A DNA stretch of 59,732 nt, counting the filler, from Platydemus manokwari (Eukaryota): the NCBI GenBank assembly GCA_037951405.1. It is 5 parts of 5 records of this genome, joined end to end, with 100 filler letters (N's around TTAATTAATTAA, not from the genome) between each part and the next. Parts side by side here need not be neighbours in the genome. Positions count along the whole stretch, not along the records: positions 45,866 to 59,732 come from JBBMOY011591409.1; 4 more parts are not named here. The stretch is one strand, 5' to 3'. The translations under genes and the position numbers were made by a program. The stretch's first letter is position 1. Every line of letters starts with the position of its first letter. The notes under the pieces were generated by a model. That model had not been told where the DNA came from. It saw only the letters and a list, made by a program, of their open reading frames with translations, and did not search any database. Positions 54,049-59,732 of the stretch are shown piece by piece.

Positions 54049-54569
54049 TATAACATCTTTTCACATTAACCTTATTAGAAAAATTAATGCTAATTTTATA
54101 TTGGTATTTTTACTGTTAAATATTATTATAAATTATTATTCTTTTTTACTATTAACTGGTAAATCTTATTTTAATTTATATTTTCAGAATTTTTGAATTA
54201 ATATTTCTATTTTTTCGGATTATTTTAAATTATTTTTATTTTTATGATTATTGATTATTTTTTTATGACTTATATTTACATCATATTTAATTACTTTTTA
54301 TATCCAGATTTTATTTTATATAATGGGATATCATATTTATTTCTCAAATTTTTTGTGATATTAATTTATTGAGTATAGTTCATTATAATTAAAAGAGAAT
54401 AATGAAAGAATAATATGATATAAATAAATAATAAAATATAGAATAACAAAATATAAACAATTAATCCTAAATTTTAACTAATTTCATTTTGTATTTTTAC
54501 CAATCAAAATTCATTTATTTAACGAATATATTAATCATTGTTTTCAATTAATTCACATTTTAAAATTGA

Positions 54570-55538
54570 ATGTCTAGAGTGAATCCATCTGTTGTGAATT
54601 GCTCTGTTAATTGCACAAATCATTATGTTGTTGACATTGTTTATTTGTGTGTCTTAATTGTTTCAGGTATAATTTCCAATGCAATTGTTCCACTAGCAAT
54701 ATTGATTGATAAAAGATTGAGAACCGCAAGTAATTTTCTCATTCTTAATATCATCATGGTAGATCTGATCATGTGCTTCTATATCATACCTGTTATACTT
54801 GCTAACAGAATTTTATCAGAAAACATTATGAATCCAATGGGATGTGAAATAAATTCATTCATTACATTCCTTGGTATGGGAACAAACAATTTTTTATTTA
54901 CCATAATTTCAACTGATCGATATCTTTTTATATTGAAGCGATCAATCCATACTAAATATTTTACCAAACGAAGAACAGTTGCTTTACTGATTCTTTTCTG
55001 GGGTTTTTGGATTTTATATGGTATTGCATTGCGATTCATTCGAGGTTTCAATTATAATCCTATGGCATACATTTGCTTCCTAACAGATGATTACAGCAAC
55101 ACTGTTGCACTATCAGTTCTCATTATCTTCAATTTCATCGTACCCATTCTAGTAAGCTCCTGCTTCTATCTGATGCTATTAATCAAATTATTCAAAATAA
55201 AAAATCAAATGTCAAAAAATACTCAAAATGATTTTCAGAAGTCATCGAAATGGAATCTTAACAATCAAGAAATTAAGATGCTTTTTCTTCTAATTGGAAA
55301 TGTTGTAGCTTTGTTTGTTTGTTTGGCTCCATATACGTTCCACTGTTTTTTTGAGGCCTATCAAATATACAATGCTCCATTTATCCAGAAAATTATCCAC
55401 TGGGCAACTTTAACCAATTTTACTTTGAATGGATGGTTGTTTGGTTTGTTCAATTCTCGATTTCGCAATGCAGTTAAGTCTATGGTTAGACCAACAAATC
55501 GAATAAACATTTCTTCAAACAAACCGATTCGATTTTAA
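54570..55538 (+). CDS. Intronless class A (rhodopsin-like) GPCR, orphan or melatonin-receptor-like
   Basis: 322 aa with seven hydrophobic segments, TM1 SN, TM2 D, TM3 C and DRY, TM6 CLAPY, TM7 NGWLF, helix 8 NSRFR. Confidence 0.9.
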   Translation: MSRVNPSVVNCSVNCTNHYVVDIVYLCVLIVSGIISNAIVPLAILIDKRLRTASNFLILNIIMVDLIMCFYIIPVILANRILSENIMNPMGCEINSFITFLGMGTNNFLFTIISTDRYLFILKRSIHTKYFTKRRTVALLILFWGFWILYGIALRFIRGFNYNPMAYICFLTDDYSNTVALSVLIIFNFIVPILVSSCFYLMLLIKLFKIKNQMSKNTQNDFQKSSKWNLNNQEIKMLFLLIGNVVALFVCLAPYTFHCFFEAYQIYNAPFIQKIIHWATLTNFTLNGWLFGLFNSRFRNAVKSMVRPTNRINISSNKPIRF

Positions 55539-57017
55539 TGTATACTTTAAAGATTTTGATTTTCAATTTCATTTTAAAAGGCATACAAGTGTTTAGAGAA
55601 TTTTCAGAGTTATTTTTATCTATCTGCAATTTATTAAATCGATTTTTAGTAAATTTTATAATTATAAAATATATGGTTTTCAGATCTTCGAGTTAATATA
55701 TTTGATATTATAATCTATTTTGCATATGTAAGAAAATATATTGTTTATTATTAATAATAATAATATTGAAACTTATTTACTTATTATTTACATTCTTAAT
55801 TCTGCCATTTTTATGTTTCATACTACTCATCACCGTGAAAGACTTTTAAATTTGGACAAAATTTTTTAGAATAGGACTTATACCAAGAGACAAAATTTGA
55901 TGATATTAATTAATATAAAGTTAAAGGAAATATAAGGAGTACCAGAACAATTACTTGAACTCAACTTAAGCAAATGACGGATGCGGCTTGAAAAGAAAAA
56001 CTATTGAATACCATGTACAGTCCACAATACGTGGTCATAGTGTGTTCTCAAATAAACACGGAACGATTAAAAACAGTAAAAAAGACCAAATCTTGGATAA
56101 TCTCTAGAAGGACTCAATCGGTGATTTAAAATAAAAAATGAAAGATAAAAATGAGTGGGACAAAATCAGAGAACAAATTTATTGTTAGAAAGCCTAATAT
56201 CATTGAGAAAAAAGCATACTGGAAAAGTATACTTAGAATCATAAAGCAAATACAAACAAATATTTGTTACAAAAAGTTAAAGGAAATTCCTAAATTGCTG
56301 TGTCAATGCTTTATACAAAATTATCAAATAACATGAATAAATCAGATTTTGAGTGGACTTCACACTGGTTACACGACATCTTTCATGACTGCGTGAAATA
56401 AAATAGTGATTGAGGAAAAGTGACAAAATTAAATACAAATCATCTTAAACCAAATTAATTAAAATTCAACGATTCTATTTAAATAATTTCTTGAATAAAA
56501 GAAAACATCAGTCTCAGTTCTTGACGGAAAATAAACAGTAACATTTGATAGAATAGAACATATGTCGCGATATAATTTTTCAAAATTTGCTAATTAGCAA
56601 AATAATTAGCAGTTTATCAATTTTCAAATGGAAATTCAACGAAAACAATGTAGTAAGACTCTTATTTTATGATTCTAGAACAATTATCTGTTTTCAAATC
56701 TTCATATAATTAAATATTTTAATTTTAATAATGACAGTAGTAAGCTGTGATAAAATAAAAATATTATTTTTAAAAACACATGCCAGTTCTATATAAAAGT
56801 AACTTCTTTTTCTTTAAAAAATTTTTCATGCAAAAATTATTGAAAAAAAAATTTGTTGTTTGTTAGAATTTCCTAGGATAAAACAAAAATAAATTGTAAA
56901 AAATAATTTAAACAATAATAATATAAAACTAACCTTTTGTATAATTTGATCAATTCCTGTCGAACATTGATGGGAATTAATTTTACGTGTATTGTGAAAT
57001 ATGATCAATTTATTGGT

Positions 57018-57111
57018 GTGTGAGGTCTATTTAAAAATACGATAAATAATTAAAATTTATATTGGATTCAAATGATTCAAAATTGAACCAAAATATATTT
57101 TTAAAAAATTA
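57018..57111 (+). repeat. Dispersed repeat, homologue at 20424-20515
   Basis: Same shared sequence blocks as 20424-20515. Confidence 0.65.
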
Positions 57112-58517
57112 TATTAAAAATTAATAACACATTAATATTTATAAAAGGATCTTGCTTAAAAAAAATACTAGTAAACTCCCAGTTTTAATATTATTTAAAT
57201 TAATAAAAGTAAAACTTAAATCTTTTAAAAAAATGTAATACAAAAATGTGGGCGTTTTTATATTTAAATTAACAATGAAGACAAAACAGATGGAAATAAA
57301 TTTAAAATTTGTTTAAAAATTGATGCAGGGACGAATAGATTCTTGTTCTGTTGCAAACACGATTTTTGATTTGAATATTAAAAATAAGGAAACGTAATTC
57401 TTTTGAAGATTGTCAGAGCAAGCTAGACAATTATCAAGGAAATTTACAAAATCAATGTGGTTGGTTTTATAAAATCAAATTCTTAATTCAAACCGGACAC
57501 AAAGCAGAATTCAATTAAAATATTTCCGAAATTAATTACGCAGTGGCACAAAGCACGTTCAAACAATGCTATTCACTAATATCAAATTCATTTAATTTTA
57601 ACATATTTGAAGCAATCGATTATTCAGAATAATTTCATCGCACTCACAATCAACAATACCGCAAATGTCAGATTAATTTTCAACTTATCATGACTAGCTG
57701 GATACTATGCGGAGTGCGTTGGAAATTACTTAAAAATCACGATAAGAAATCTTAAAAGAAGGCTCGCATTCCGTAAAATTCAATAATAAATTACATGCCT
57801 TCAAATTAACTATCTTCAGTTGGGTTTAGCAATTAAAAAGTAAAATTTAGAACATCAAATAAACACATAATATAAAAGATGGGAACTTTCAAAATTAACT
57901 ACCAGTCTTTCATGGTCTGTAAAATTATCAAATCTTTTTCATCTTTCGGGTTCTTTCTTGGACCACATTTTATTTAATTATCAAGTTTATTTTACGATTT
58001 AGTAATGTGACGATATTTATTTATCATTTTTTTTAAGTTATGATTTAGGAGAATTGCAGTTTTGCTATTTTGTTTGTTTTCAATTGTAACACTATATTCT
58101 TGATATAATTCTAAAACTTAATTGAAGTCCACTTAGACACGTAGGTGGTCAGATTCTTATAGAATACTACAAATACAATTTATTTTAAAATGCGTGCTTC
58201 ACTCATTTAGAATTTTTAATTGTTATTTCCATTTGTATTCAACCAACAGTAAAGCTGTTTTGGAAATAAAATTTCATATACTCTCGCATTATAATCTTTA
58301 CTAACAGCCAGTCATACATTTTAAATTGTGTATTCAATAAAATCATCAGCAACAGCTAAATACAACTTGTAATTTTTAAAATACTTTTCCACATTCAACA
58401 AAGTTTGCATTTTCAAAATATATAATACTACAGTGAAAAATTCAAAAATGACGAACTATTTAATTTTCATGTCAGAATTATTTATGAATAATTTATTGAA
58501 ATTGCCTCGAATCGTTG

Positions 58518-58616
58518 TTAACAAAATTTGATAAGTTTATAACTCAAAAAAATAAATATATTTCCTAAAAATATTTTTATATTTTTTTGAGTTATAAACT
58601 TATCACATTCTGTTAA
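58518..58616. repeat. Inverted repeat / hairpin
   Basis: Perfect 26-bp arms 58529-58554 and 58580-58605, extending 11 bp with 2 mismatches; 25-nt loop. Confidence 0.9.
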
Positions 58617-59732
58617 TACATTTCCTCAAAGGGTCTAGAGGTATTTATTACAAACATATTGTTCTGTGACACGACCTCATGTAAAATTGTTAGAAAAATA
58701 ATGCCAATTTGTCTGCAAGTGCAGTTTACAGGGACCATATAATGTGTGCAAGAAATATCTAAATTGAAAAAATAACTCGAATAATGCATTGCTGTGGTGT
58801 TTTTATTAATACATTTAACTTAAGAAGTCTTTATTTCTATTTTGGAAATAATTAATTTTCTTCTTCTTTTATTAATTTTAAATTTTAAATTTTTATTTAA
58901 GAATTTTCATTGTTATTATTTTTTAATGGACTTGTTTTCTATTAACATCGTATTTGACTTAAGATATTTACTTCCCATGTTTATTATATTTTATTTTAAT
59001 ATTGTGAAACGTATGAACTTTTCTGTAATGATAAAATACTATTTAATCTCATTAATAATTTTCAAGGTATAATTCATTAAACAAAACATGATTTAAGAAT
59101 AAAGAAATAGATTAATCGCTATGACATACTTCAGAAGTAAAATTTCATAGCATTTAAAACAATCACTTAAAGTTATGAAAAATAAACACAAAAAATCAAG
59201 CTATTATTTAACACAGAAATTAAATCAGGATATTGAAGATAGGAATAATCTAAAAATTGACCAAAATCTCAACACCACCTGCCAAATAAATCACCAGAAT
59301 TTCAAAACCTTCTTAAAATTAATCACCCAGTCATTGATGTTACAATTCCAATGAACTTTAATTCTGAACGCCATATGCCCGATAATGAGGATCTATGCAA
59401 TTCAAACAAGAAGAAAAAAGTAGATCTAATCTCTAATCTCTAACTAACTCGGTTTGTCCCTTCGACTTAACAACTGACCAAAATGTACTACCGTCATCTG
59501 ACTTACTATGCAAGTCTTCAATCATTGAGGGAAACATCAAAATAAAATGCGATCTCAGATAGAGCACACTAACTCCTTCACATTTGTGACCTACTTCTGT
59601 GCTCATGGAGCACTTACTACAGAACTGTCCAGGCCCAGATCTAAGACATTAGCTCAGTTAGATAAAAAATGAGATTTGTTTAAATATTAGAAAAACTAAC
59701 GGTGTAATTTTGAAATATAATAAAACATTGAT

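Noticed and set aside
1-59732. CRISPR arrays, rRNA or tRNA genes
   Set aside because: Eukaryotic sequence; no repeat-spacer array or recognisable structural RNA gene seen by eye.

Overview
AT-rich animal (eukaryotic) DNA with many 36-51 nt GT-AG introns. A triclad-flatworm-like origin is only a guess from base composition and intron size. The window is five contigs joined by artificial 100-nt spacers (44N-TTAATTAATTAA-44N at 9713, 20516, 30848, 45766), so adjacency across spacers means nothing. Host genes: an ABCG-like first exon, a profilin-like gene with a charged N-terminal extension, the 3' end of a tandem-Ig gene, NDUFB10, a PMCA first exon, NUP54 tightly followed by YME1L1, and an intronless class A GPCR. 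Most other sequence is decayed mobile DNA (Ty3/gypsy, Merlin, hAT MITE, RLE non-LTR, Polinton pPolB, Penelope-like). Highlight: a decayed minus-strand Ty3/gypsy element (about 1.85-8.2 kb) with the order LTR-PBS-Gag(3xCCHC)-unknown domain-signal peptide plus chuvirus-like fusion glycoprotein-protease-RT-DEDDh exonuclease-like remnant. The envelope gene lies BETWEEN gag and pol, apparently in one membrane-threaded polyprotein. A second, divergent and more decayed element (36-39.3 kb) may share the gag-then-glycoprotein order. All homology calls are by-eye motif recognition; no searches were run.
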